Assembly: GCA_965602225.1 (NCBI GenBank)
Contig: CBFCYE010000012.1
Location: 11,177 to 75,176 of the forward strand
Length of the DNA stretch: 64,000 bases
From: an uncultured Gammaproteobacteria bacterium
Lineage (GTDB): Bacteria; Pseudomonadota; Gammaproteobacteria; Tenderiales; Tenderiaceae
Reading direction: 5' to 3'
Part shown: piece by piece, positions 22,941 through 32,033 of the stretch
Layout of the letters: the number at the start of each line of letters is the position of its first letter
How positions within the stretch are numbered: the first letter of the stretch is position 1
Position numbers and translations under genes: made by a program
The notes under the pieces: generated by a model
The model's database searches: none
Seen by the model: the letters and a program-made list of their open reading frames with translations, nothing else
What the model was told of the DNA's origin: nothing

Positions 22941-24122
22941 ATGTCTTCAAATCAATATTCCAGTTTTGCCAATACCCTTGCCAGGCAACTGCTTGAAAAT
23001 GAATCTGCTTTTTATTCAGACAACAAACAAAAACAGCGAGTTCATGTGCGTGGCAATGATGCTCAGGTGTTTGCACTTGATATGACGCCATTCATGGCCA
23101 CACCTGAACCAGTTAGCGCCAGACAATGGTTTGATGGCGTTAACTGTGTCTCTAAGTTGTTATCGGCATATCAGGGCGCAAAGCAAAGTCTGCCGTTTGA
23201 GATGGATATTCCGGAGGCACGAAAAAACGTATCTGCATACGCCGATGATTTTTTAATCGCCATCCTCGCTAAGGCCAATGCAGCCTTAACCGATCAACAA
23301 GCAGCACTGATTGCCAACTGGGTTAAACATCTGGATGTCTACTGTGCTGTGAAATCGGTGGAATCATTTTTGTACAGCCATGCGGATTTGAAACTGCTGG
23401 AGATTGCCCCTGATTATGGTTGGGATGTGCTCTTCGATCATATGGCGATTCGTTGTGGCAGTCAGGAGTATAAAGATGCCGAGCGAGTTTCTGATCTTCT
23501 GAAACAGGACCACGGTTATGTTTCAACCCAGTTTGCGGCCGAGGCCTATTATCAGTTTCCCGATGGTTGGAACGCCTACCCTGTTTACAAGATTTTAGAG
23601 AATGGTCAGGTGTTGCGGGTGTTTGTTGATCAGTCCGATGCCGAAGATGAAACTCAGATTATTCAGCACTGGAATCGGGTCTATGGTTATACCGCTCATC
23701 ACGTGGGCATCCGTGCAACCCAACTTGTTGATGGTGTGCGTGTGGCAGTGCCGTTGGATGAGGTGATGCAGGCCTTAACAAAATCCGGTGTCGAAATTCT
23801 TACGCCAACCGGACATTACACCGAAGGCCTGTTATTACAGGTGTTTACTCGGCCGGAAAAAAACACCTACATCCCCGCCAATCTAAAGGCAGAGGTTATC
23901 GCTCATGGTGAGAATCTTGAAAAGACCATTGAGAATGCCAAACTGTTGGAGTTGGTATCGCGCAAAGAAATGCAGCCGTTACAGGCGAAAAAATATTTCG
24001 CCCTATATGGTCTGAAATACGATGCCAATAACCCGCATCACTCGGCACCGCTGTATCAATATTTTTTACCGGCGCAGGCGGCGCATGTGATCAAGACATC
24101 GCAGCAGGTGTTGGCAGGTTAG
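22941..24122 (+). CDS. hypothetical protein, possibly a DUF1338 / HglS-YdcJ-like 2-oxoadipate-converting enzyme
   Basis: 393 aa from the ATG after an AGGAGG RBS, transcribed divergently from the saccharopine dehydrogenase gene. The assignment rests on genomic context and size only. Confidence 0.35.
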   Translation: MSSNQYSSFANTLARQLLENESAFYSDNKQKQRVHVRGNDAQVFALDMTPFMATPEPVSARQWFDGVNCVSKLLSAYQGAKQSLPFEMDIPEARKNVSAYADDFLIAILAKANAALTDQQAALIANWVKHLDVYCAVKSVESFLYSHADLKLLEIAPDYGWDVLFDHMAIRCGSQEYKDAERVSDLLKQDHGYVSTQFAAEAYYQFPDGWNAYPVYKILENGQVLRVFVDQSDAEDETQIIQHWNRVYGYTAHHVGIRATQLVDGVRVAVPLDEVMQALTKSGVEILTPTGHYTEGLLLQVFTRPEKNTYIPANLKAEVIAHGENLEKTIENAKLLELVSRKEMQPLQAKKYFALYGLKYDANNPHHSAPLYQYFLPAQAAHVIKTSQQVLAG

Positions 24123-24130
24123 CTTTGTTG

Positions 24131-26767
24131 TTAAGGCACGCTGTTAAAGTCAGCAAAAATACTGAACGCAAAAGTGGTGGTTGGATCGATGAAGAAGACC
24201 TCACTGCGTAAACCGCTATCCGTTTGGGGGGCGACGTCAACCTTCAAAAAATAAGTCTCGCCGCCAGCAAGCTGGCCACCATTTATTCCAGCGCCGGGTT
24301 GGGTGGCTGGTGAGCCGCCGCCATTGCTGAATTCAAACCTATCGATAGTGAAGTCACGGTTGGAAATGTTTTTCATCAGCAAACCAAACCAGCTGCCTGC
24401 TAGTAAGTTCGTGGTGTTGCCGTCATAGATTGTATATTTAAAACCCTGCCGGGCGATGACACTGATAAAGCTGCTGGTTGATAGTATGTTGCTGGTGAGG
24501 CTGAGATTGTAAGTGGGAATGCTGGCCTCTATTTCAATGTAACCATTATGCGTTGAAGGTAAGTCAAAGCTGGCTGTGCCGCCAGTGGTGGTAATGGTGC
24601 TAGTGATAGTAGTCGCTGCTGTCGTTTTGATATTTATCACAGTGCCATCGGCAATGACGCCACTGCTACCAGCGGGTTGCACGGTAATGGTGATGCTGCT
24701 GTTGTCAGCGCCAGTGTTAAGAATGACATTGGGTGAAGCGAAAAAACTGAGGGATGCCGGGGCATTTGGATTATCAACAACCGTGATATTGGTGGTGGCA
24801 GAAACAGTATTCAGGCTGGCTGAAATCGTAACGCTACCACTGCTTAGTGCAGAGACTAAACCTGTGTAGATATCGGCATTGGATATGTTGGCGATACTGC
24901 TGTCTGAGCTTGACCATGTCACCCTGTCGCTAATATCAAGCGTGCTGCTGTCGTCAAAGTGACCGGTTGCGGTGAGTGTTTGTGAGGTGCTGACATTCAT
25001 GCTGCTGTTGCTGGGCTGGATTGTGATGCTAGTCAGTTGTGCGTCGGTGATAGTGGCAGTGGTGATGCCGCTAATGCCTCCAAATGTTGCGCTGATAGTG
25101 GTAGTGCCGGCGGCGTTGCTGCTTAGCAGGCCTTTGTTAGTCGTTGCATTGCTAATGCTGGCCACGCCGCTATTGCTGCTAGCCCAGGTGACACTACTGC
25201 TAAGGTCTTGTGTGCTGGCATCGTTGAAGGTTCCGGTGGCAACAAACTGCTGATTATAGCCATTGGCGATGCTGGCATTTGCTGGTGACAGGCTTATGCT
25301 GATGAGTGTTGCCGGGGTAATAGTCAGACCGGTAAAGGCACTGACGCTACCCAGCGTTGCGATGACCTGGACACTGCCACTGGCAACGGCTTTGAAGTAA
25401 CCGGCTTCACTCTGCTGTTCAACAAGTTTGGTGTTGCTGCTATTGTGACTTGACCATGTCACCTGCTTACTAAGATCCCTGCTAGAACCATTATTGTAAA
25501 AGCCGGTAACACTGAACTTCTGTTGTGTATTGATGGCAATGCTGCTGTTTGCCGGTGTTATCGTCATGCTTTGCAGTACGGCATTGGAGACGCTGAGTGT
25601 GGCCTGTTGGTTTTGGCCGCCGAAATAGGCGGTGATGTTACTGCTACCCACGGCGATTGCAGAAACGATGCCGCGATTTGAACTGGTATTACCGATCGTA
25701 GCGACACTGGTATTGCTGGATGTCCAGGTGGTTTGAGCCGTGATATCGATATTTGAACCATCGGAGTATTGTGCTGTGGCAAACAGTTGCAGGGTTTCGC
25801 CGCTGATCATTTCCGGGCTGACAGGCGAAATATTGATCGTTGTCAGGCTTGCTGCGTTGATAGTGATGTCGGTGTTTGTGGTTTGGTTCTGATAAGTGAT
25901 GGTGATAGTTACGCTTCCGGCTTTTAATCCTGTGACCAGACCATTGCCATCAATGGTGGCAATGCTGGTGTCGGTTGAACTCCAGCTGACTTCTGAACTT
26001 AGATCGGATTTGCTGCCATCGGAATAAATGCCATCGGCCTGCAGTTGCAGTTTGGCATCAATGGGCAGGCTGGTCTGTGGCGTAGTGATTTCCAGTCGGG
26101 TCAGGGTGGCGCTACTGATGCTGGCCTGGGTGGTATCAGTTTTGGTGCCATAGCTGGCAGTGATGGTGGCAGTGCCGCTGGCAACTGCGTTGGCAACGCC
26201 CTTACTGCCAGTTGTATCGGAAATGGTGAGCTTGCTGGTGTTGTCGCTGCTCCAGCTGGTCAGCTCGGTAACATCAAAGCTGTAGTTTGAGGTGCCATTT
26301 CCAAATAGAGCCTCAGCACTGAACTGGTGTTGCTCGGCGATGGCAAGTGCGCCAGTCAGCGGCTTGATGGTCAGCGATAACAGGCTGCCGTCTTCGATGG
26401 TGACGGTGATAGAGGCGGTTTTATTGCGCACCACCGCAGAAATCACAGTGCTGCCAGCTGCCAAGGCAGTGATTACGCCATTGGCATCAATGCTAGCGGC
26501 GGCGGAATTTGATGAAAACCAACTTGCCTCGCTGCTAAGATCAAGGTGGCTGTTGTCAGAATAGAGTGCAACCGCATGTGCTTTAGTCGTGAGTCCAACA
26601 ATCAGGGTTGTGTCGTCTATTTGTATCTGCGCGCTTTGCAGTGTTTTTGTCGCGGCTGGGGTTGCAGCAGAACCACCACCGCCACCACAGGCGGAAATCA
26701 GGCAGCCCAGTGCAATGATTAACAGCATCGACAGTGGGCGTGAGTATGGACTGAAGCGTGATTTCAT
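24131..26767 (-). CDS. large surface lipoprotein with tandem bacterial Ig-like (Big_2) domains
   Basis: Lipobox LISAC followed by a GGGGGS linker. There are at least 8 repeats of about 85 aa with a T-L-x-S-I-x-I-x-P ... V-T-x-x-x-x-G motif. The C-terminal region is not Ig-like. Confidence 0.8.
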   Translation of the reverse strand: MKSRFSPYSRPLSMLLIIALGCLISACGGGGGSAATPAATKTLQSAQIQIDDTTLIVGLTTKAHAVALYSDNSHLDLSSEASWFSSNSAAASIDANGVITALAAGSTVISAVVRNKTASITVTIEDGSLLSLTIKPLTGALAIAEQHQFSAEALFGNGTSNYSFDVTELTSWSSDNTSKLTISDTTGSKGVANAVASGTATITASYGTKTDTTQASISSATLTRLEITTPQTSLPIDAKLQLQADGIYSDGSKSDLSSEVSWSSTDTSIATIDGNGLVTGLKAGSVTITITYQNQTTNTDITINAASLTTINISPVSPEMISGETLQLFATAQYSDGSNIDITAQTTWTSSNTSVATIGNTSSNRGIVSAIAVGSSNITAYFGGQNQQATLSVSNAVLQSMTITPANSSIAINTQQKFSVTGFYNNGSSRDLSKQVTWSSHNSSNTKLVEQQSEAGYFKAVASGSVQVIATLGSVSAFTGLTITPATLISISLSPANASIANGYNQQFVATGTFNDASTQDLSSSVTWASSNSGVASISNATTNKGLLSSNAAGTTTISATFGGISGITTATITDAQLTSITIQPSNSSMNVSTSQTLTATGHFDDSSTLDISDRVTWSSSDSSIANISNADIYTGLVSALSSGSVTISASLNTVSATTNITVVDNPNAPASLSFFASPNVILNTGADNSSITITVQPAGSSGVIADGTVINIKTTAATTITSTITTTGGTASFDLPSTHNGYIEIEASIPTYNLSLTSNILSTSSFISVIARQGFKYTIYDGNTTNLLAGSWFGLLMKNISNRDFTIDRFEFSNGGGSPATQPGAGINGGQLAGGETYFLKVDVAPQTDSGLRSEVFFIDPTTTFAFSIFADFNSVP

Positions 26768-26953
26768 AAGGGTTTCAACAATATCGGCAAATTCTTAAAG
26801 GAAGTCTGTCAGCAAAGATAACACTTTTAATTGTCATGATAAGTATCGGCAGCGCTAACTTTGGCTAAATGGCTGGCCCTGGAATGGGTTATGGTGTGGC
26901 AATCGGCGATAAAATGGCAATCATTATATATAGTGTGATTTTTTGAGCGGCAG

Positions 26954-28114
26954 ATGAAAACAGAAAAACTCAGCATAAACACCATGTTAAAGCAGCTGAT
27001 TGCTACGCCATCGATGAGCAGTGTCAGCCCCGAGTTTGATATCAGCAACCGGGCGGTAATCGACCTGCTGGCAAACTGGCTCAACGATGCCGGCTTCCAG
27101 GTTGAGGTGACACCCCTGCCCAGTCAGCCGGATAAGGCCAATCTGCTAGCCAGCTATGGAGCAGTCAACGAAGACAGTCAGGGGCTGATGTTTGCCGGTC
27201 ATACCGATACGGTGCCCTATGACCAGCACAGCTGGCACCATGATCCATTTCAACTAACCGAACGTGACGGCCGAATTTATGGCCTCGGCACCTCGGATAT
27301 GAAGAGCTATTTTGCCCTGGCGCTGGAGGCAATCCGCCAGTTTGATGCCGAGCAACTGAAACAGCCCGTGTTTATCCTCGCCACCGCCGATGAAGAGAGC
27401 TCCATGGATGGAGCCCTACATCTGGTTGAGCAAGGCTGCCCCAATGTCCGTTATGCCGTGATTGGCGAGCCGACTGGCCTGAAACCGGTGAATGCCCACA
27501 AGGGCATCATGATGGAGTCGATCCGCCTGATCGGCAGAAGTGGCCATTCCAGCAATCCGGCTCTGGGGGTGAATGCGCTGGAGGCGATGCAGTTGGTGAT
27601 TGCCGATCTGTTGTTGTGGCGCGATCAGCTGCAAAGCAGATATAAAGACGAACAATTTTCTGTGCCGACGCCAACCCTCAACCTGGGTTATATCCAGGGC
27701 GGTGATAATCCCAATCGCATCTGCGAGCAGTGTGAGCTGCATTTTGATCTGCGCGCCCTGCCTGGCATGGACCTGAACGAGCTGCGTGTCGAGATTCGCG
27801 ACCGTCTGCACAGCCTGTTCAAACACAGCACCATCCGCTGGCAGATGTCATCGCTGATTCAGGGCACGCCGCCGATGCACACCCGTGCTGATTCCGAGAT
27901 CGTAAAGGCCGCCGAACAGCATTGCGGTCATCACGCCCACGCGGTGGCCTTTTGCACCGAGGCACCTTATCTGGCCGAGCTGGGAATCGAGACCATCGTC
28001 CTTGGCCCCGGTGATATTGATCAGGCCCATCAGCCGGATGAATACCTATCCCTCGACAGAATCAATCCAACTGTAGATTTGCTCGGCCATCTAATCCGCA
28101 AATTTTGTCTATGA
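26954..28114 (+). CDS. argE: acetylornithine deacetylase (M20 family)
   Basis: Contains LIATPSMSSVSPE, GHTDTVPY and GTSDMKS, and is 386 aa long, as in ArgE. Confidence 0.75.
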   Translation: MKTEKLSINTMLKQLIATPSMSSVSPEFDISNRAVIDLLANWLNDAGFQVEVTPLPSQPDKANLLASYGAVNEDSQGLMFAGHTDTVPYDQHSWHHDPFQLTERDGRIYGLGTSDMKSYFALALEAIRQFDAEQLKQPVFILATADEESSMDGALHLVEQGCPNVRYAVIGEPTGLKPVNAHKGIMMESIRLIGRSGHSSNPALGVNALEAMQLVIADLLLWRDQLQSRYKDEQFSVPTPTLNLGYIQGGDNPNRICEQCELHFDLRALPGMDLNELRVEIRDRLHSLFKHSTIRWQMSSLIQGTPPMHTRADSEIVKAAEQHCGHHAHAVAFCTEAPYLAELGIETIVLGPGDIDQAHQPDEYLSLDRINPTVDLLGHLIRKFCL

Positions 28115-28174
28115 TTTAGTTTCCAGATCAGGGTCTATACTTTTTATAGATTTCCCTGAATTCTGGAGGTTGTC

Positions 28175-29023
28175 ATGCAAATCGATATCAACAAAGATAT
28201 GCTGCGCACCCTGATGGTAATGGGCGGTGTGGTTGAGGCCCGTGACCCCTACACTGGCGGCCATTTATGGCGGGTGTCGCAATATGCCAAGCGTCTGTCG
28301 ACTCAGCTTGGCCTAAGTAATGATGAAGTCCTGCAAATGACTATCGGGGGCTATCTGCATGATCTGGGCAAGATTGGTGTGCCGGATCAAATTCTGCGCA
28401 AAGCTGGTGCGCTAACAGATGATGAGTTCGCTATTATCAAAACCCATCCCGTAGTCGGCGCCGAGATCATCCAGGAACACCCTCTGTCGGTCATCGCCCA
28501 TGATGCGATTCGTTATCACCATGAGCGGGTCGATGGCAACGGTTATCCCGATGCTATTCCGGCAGAAACCCTGCCACTAAGCGCCAGGGTCATCGCCATC
28601 GCCGATGCCTTCGACGCCATGACCAGCACCCGCGCCTATCGCAAAGGCATGACCAGGCAGGTGGCTATCGAACGTCTGCTCGAGGCCAGGCATACACAGT
28701 TTGATGCCAACATGGTTGATTTGTTTGTTGCCCTGGCAGGCAATGGCAATCTTGATGAGGTGCTGGCCCATAGCGATGAAAATATGCCGCTGCTGACCTG
28801 TGACGTGTGTGGCCCGATTATCGCCGTGGACAGAGATTGTAAAGATGGCGACATTATTTACTGCAAGTCATGCGGTAGCGAATATCGGCTGCATCGCATG
28901 GCAGATACATTCGCGATTGAGCCAACCGGAGGTAAGGCAACGGCGCAACAGCTAAAACCTCAGGCGGATAAAAAACCGATTGAAGAACTGATTCAGCAGA
29001 TGCCGGTTGAGTTGAGGTTTTAG
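28175..29023 (+). CDS. HD-GYP domain c-di-GMP phosphodiesterase with C-terminal Cys4 zinc-ribbon
   Basis: It has HDLGKIGVPD and HHERVDGNGYPD motifs. The C-terminal ribbon is CDVCGP...CKSCGSEY. Confidence 0.8.
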   Translation: MQIDINKDMLRTLMVMGGVVEARDPYTGGHLWRVSQYAKRLSTQLGLSNDEVLQMTIGGYLHDLGKIGVPDQILRKAGALTDDEFAIIKTHPVVGAEIIQEHPLSVIAHDAIRYHHERVDGNGYPDAIPAETLPLSARVIAIADAFDAMTSTRAYRKGMTRQVAIERLLEARHTQFDANMVDLFVALAGNGNLDEVLAHSDENMPLLTCDVCGPIIAVDRDCKDGDIIYCKSCGSEYRLHRMADTFAIEPTGGKATAQQLKPQADKKPIEELIQQMPVELRF

Positions 29024-29036
29024 GGCTGAAAGGTAT

Positions 29037-32030
29037 TTAGCTGTTCTGGTTCTGTAAACGCTGGGTGATGGTCTTGGCGGTATCAGTATCAAAGATATTT
29101 AAGGCGCGTTCCAGTTCATTTAGACTGTCCAGGGAATCACTGCCAGCTGCATTCTGACGCAATGCCCCAAGGCATGCCTGTGCCTGTACCAGGTCTGTAT
29201 CCAGGGCTTCAACCAGTTTATCCAAAGAAGTAGACCAGGCCGTCGGGTCAAACGTTGCCGAATCGCTGGCCTCTGCCGCTGTGGAGCTGACAACATCTTC
29301 AAGCACAGCCAGGCCGTCGATGACTTCGGTCAGACTGCTTCGCAGCATTTTGAAAGCGTCACCATTCACATCAACATCGGTGTTGTGGCAGGCTTGCTCC
29401 ATGGCGGCGGCAGTTTCGTAGAGCTGTTTGGCACCGAGATTACCGCCACTGCCCTTGAGGCTGTGTGCCAGACGCGTTGCCTCATCCCACTCACCCTGAA
29501 GAATAAGCCTTTCCAGGCTATCCACTACGCCAGACTGTTTGTGACGAAAACTGAGCAAAATCCGTTTGTAGACCGTCCAGTTACCATTTAACCGGGTCAG
29601 GCCATCTTTCATATCGATACCTGGCAGCATGTCAGGAATGACATTTGGTGCGGCAGCAGCTGCAGGTTTAGTCTCGGGTTTTTCAGCGGGTTTAAGCCAA
29701 CGTGATAACTCCCTGAACAGAATGTCAGGCTCGATGGGTTTGGTAATATGACCATTCATGCCGGCAGTAAAACTCTTATCGGTGTCTTCACTCAGGGCAT
29801 GGGCAGTCATGGCAATGATAGGTAGCTCAGAGAAGCGCTGTTCAAGACTACGAATCGCTTGTGTTGCTTGTAGACCATCCATGACCGGCATTTGAATATC
29901 CATCAACACAACATCGTAGTGATTGTCCTGCACCGCCTGTAGTGCTTTAGCACCGTTGTCACAAATATCAACCTCAAAGCCAGCGGCTGCCAGTATCTCC
30001 TGCGCCACCTCTTGATTGATAGGATTATCCTCTACCAGCAGCAGTTTGCTGCCGCCAAACCACCATTCCTGACCTTCATCAACGACTTGACTGTAAGACA
30101 TCTCATTGCTGTGCTCACCTATAATCTGCAACAGAGTGTTACGCAGTTCGGCTTGCCGAATTGGCTTGGTCAGCCAGGCATCCACTTCCGCTGCCGCAGA
30201 AGTCTGCTCGATACCGGTAAACATCATCAGCTTCATATCATGCAGTGCGCCATCGGCACGTATGGCACGCGCCAGCTCCAGACCATCCATGCCCGGCATC
30301 ATAAAATCCAGTATGGCAATATCGTAAGGCTCGCCGGCTGCAGCGGCGGCCCGCAATTGTGCCAGGGCCTCACTACCATTCATGGCAATCCCCGTATGAG
30401 ATACCTGCCATTGCTTCAAGACTCTCGCCATCAACGTTACCAGGGTTTCGTTGTCATCAACCACCAGAATGCGTTGTCTACTCAATGTTTCAGAGATCTG
30501 TTGAGCGGGGTCGCTGTCGGCGATGATTTCAAAAGAAAGGTCGAAACTGAAGTCTGAGCCCAGACCAGGGGCGCTCGCCACACGTATTTCACCACCCATG
30601 GCCATGATCAGTTTTTGACTGATCGCAAGCCCCAGACCAGTGCCACCATATTTGCGAGTATGGGAACTATCAACCTGGCTGAACGCATTGAACAGCTGTT
30701 GCTGTTGCTCTCTAGTCATTCCAATACCGGTATCTCTCACGCCGAATCGGATAAGATTGTTTTCCAGTCTTGTTGCATACACTACGACGTCACCTTGCTC
30801 GGTGAATTTGATGGCATTATTGATCAGATTGGTCAGCACCTGACGCAGGCGGGTAGGATCACCCTTGATCGTCACAGGCAAATCAGAATCAAACGAACAG
30901 AACAGTTCGACGCCTTTTTCTTGCGTCCCTTTAACCAGCAGGTAGGCACAGCCTTCCAGCAGTGAAACCAGTTCGAAAGGGATCGATTCCAGCTCCACTT
31001 TACCCGCCTCAAGTTTTGAGATATCGAGGATGTCGTTGATTACCTTGAGCAGCATTTTACCCGACCCCGTTGCGGTATTCAGATAACGCTGCTGAGGGGC
31101 ATTCAGTTCGGTCTTGTTAAGCAAATGCAACATGCCCAGTACGCCATTCATCGGCGTGCGAATTTCATGGCTCATGGTAGCCAGAAATTGGCTCTTGGCC
31201 TGAGTGGCCTTTTCTGCCCGGTGCATTGCGGCGACTACATCTTTAGTTGCCTTTTTTACCCTGCTTTCTAGTTGCTTGTTATCGTCATCAATCTTTTTCT
31301 TTGCCTGGCTAAGCTCATCAACCATGTAGTTGAAAGAGTGTGCCAGGGCGCCAATTTCATCTTTACCCTTGTCTTCGATCTTTATTTTATAATTTCCGGA
31401 AGAGATTTCCTGAGTCACATTCATAAGCCGGGCAAGTCTATTTAATACCACACCACGCAATAAGATAAACAATACCAAGATGGCCAGTAACACAGTAATG
31501 AACATGATGATGGCAATGCGCTGATTAATTGCCGCAAGTGTTTGCTGGATATCATTGATTGAAATATCTAATACAACTGCGCCAATAATTTTTGAACCTT
31601 GCAAGACTGGTGAGATGGATCGAATCCCAAGTTGATTTTTATCTTCCTCGCTGGTGATGATGGAGGGTTTTGCTGACGTAATGGCCATGTTTATATATGT
31701 GTCAGAAGTCCTCGCCTCAATATTTTTTTTATCAGAAGAAACCAGCAAGATAGAGTCTTTATCGTAGACCATAATCTGGTCTATCATCCTGTAGTAAGTC
31801 ATGTATTTACTGATAATAATGTCAGCTGAAGAAGCAAGGCTCCGGCGTTCGATGTCATATTTAATATCGTGAATAACGGAAGCTGTGAGTAACTCCGCAG
31901 AAACTTTCTTCTGCTCAACGATATTCTGATATATAAGGCCGCGCATCATAAGTGTGGCGGCCAACATTGATAGGATCAACACCCCTACCACCATCAATAT
32001 TACCCGCCCTCTGATACCGAAATATTTCAT
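29037..32030 (-). CDS. hybrid sensor histidine kinase (periplasmic sensor-HAMP-HisKA-HATPase-REC-REC-HPt)
   Basis: Two TM helices flank a periplasmic domain of about 150 aa. The H-box is MSHEIRTPMNG, the N/G boxes fit, the two receivers carry DFMMPGMDG and DIQMPVMDG, and the C-terminal HPt has HSLKGSGGNLGA. Confidence 0.9.
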   Translation of the reverse strand: MKYFGIRGRVILMVVGVLILSMLAATLMMRGLIYQNIVEQKKVSAELLTASVIHDIKYDIERRSLASSADIIISKYMTYYRMIDQIMVYDKDSILLVSSDKKNIEARTSDTYINMAITSAKPSIITSEEDKNQLGIRSISPVLQGSKIIGAVVLDISINDIQQTLAAINQRIAIIMFITVLLAILVLFILLRGVVLNRLARLMNVTQEISSGNYKIKIEDKGKDEIGALAHSFNYMVDELSQAKKKIDDDNKQLESRVKKATKDVVAAMHRAEKATQAKSQFLATMSHEIRTPMNGVLGMLHLLNKTELNAPQQRYLNTATGSGKMLLKVINDILDISKLEAGKVELESIPFELVSLLEGCAYLLVKGTQEKGVELFCSFDSDLPVTIKGDPTRLRQVLTNLINNAIKFTEQGDVVVYATRLENNLIRFGVRDTGIGMTREQQQQLFNAFSQVDSSHTRKYGGTGLGLAISQKLIMAMGGEIRVASAPGLGSDFSFDLSFEIIADSDPAQQISETLSRQRILVVDDNETLVTLMARVLKQWQVSHTGIAMNGSEALAQLRAAAAAGEPYDIAILDFMMPGMDGLELARAIRADGALHDMKLMMFTGIEQTSAAAEVDAWLTKPIRQAELRNTLLQIIGEHSNEMSYSQVVDEGQEWWFGGSKLLLVEDNPINQEVAQEILAAAGFEVDICDNGAKALQAVQDNHYDVVLMDIQMPVMDGLQATQAIRSLEQRFSELPIIAMTAHALSEDTDKSFTAGMNGHITKPIEPDILFRELSRWLKPAEKPETKPAAAAAPNVIPDMLPGIDMKDGLTRLNGNWTVYKRILLSFRHKQSGVVDSLERLILQGEWDEATRLAHSLKGSGGNLGAKQLYETAAAMEQACHNTDVDVNGDAFKMLRSSLTEVIDGLAVLEDVVSSTAAEASDSATFDPTAWSTSLDKLVEALDTDLVQAQACLGALRQNAAGSDSLDSLNELERALNIFDTDTAKTITQRLQNQNS

Positions 32031-32033
32031 TGT

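Noticed and set aside
24576-25253. Val/Leu-rich plus-strand ORFs and repetitive DNA inside 24.1-26.8 kb that could be mistaken for a repeat array or CRISPR.
   Set aside because: The periodicity comes from the tandem Big_2 domain repeats of the minus-strand lipoprotein gene. The repeats are imperfect, about 250 bp long and coding, and no spacer-repeat architecture is present.
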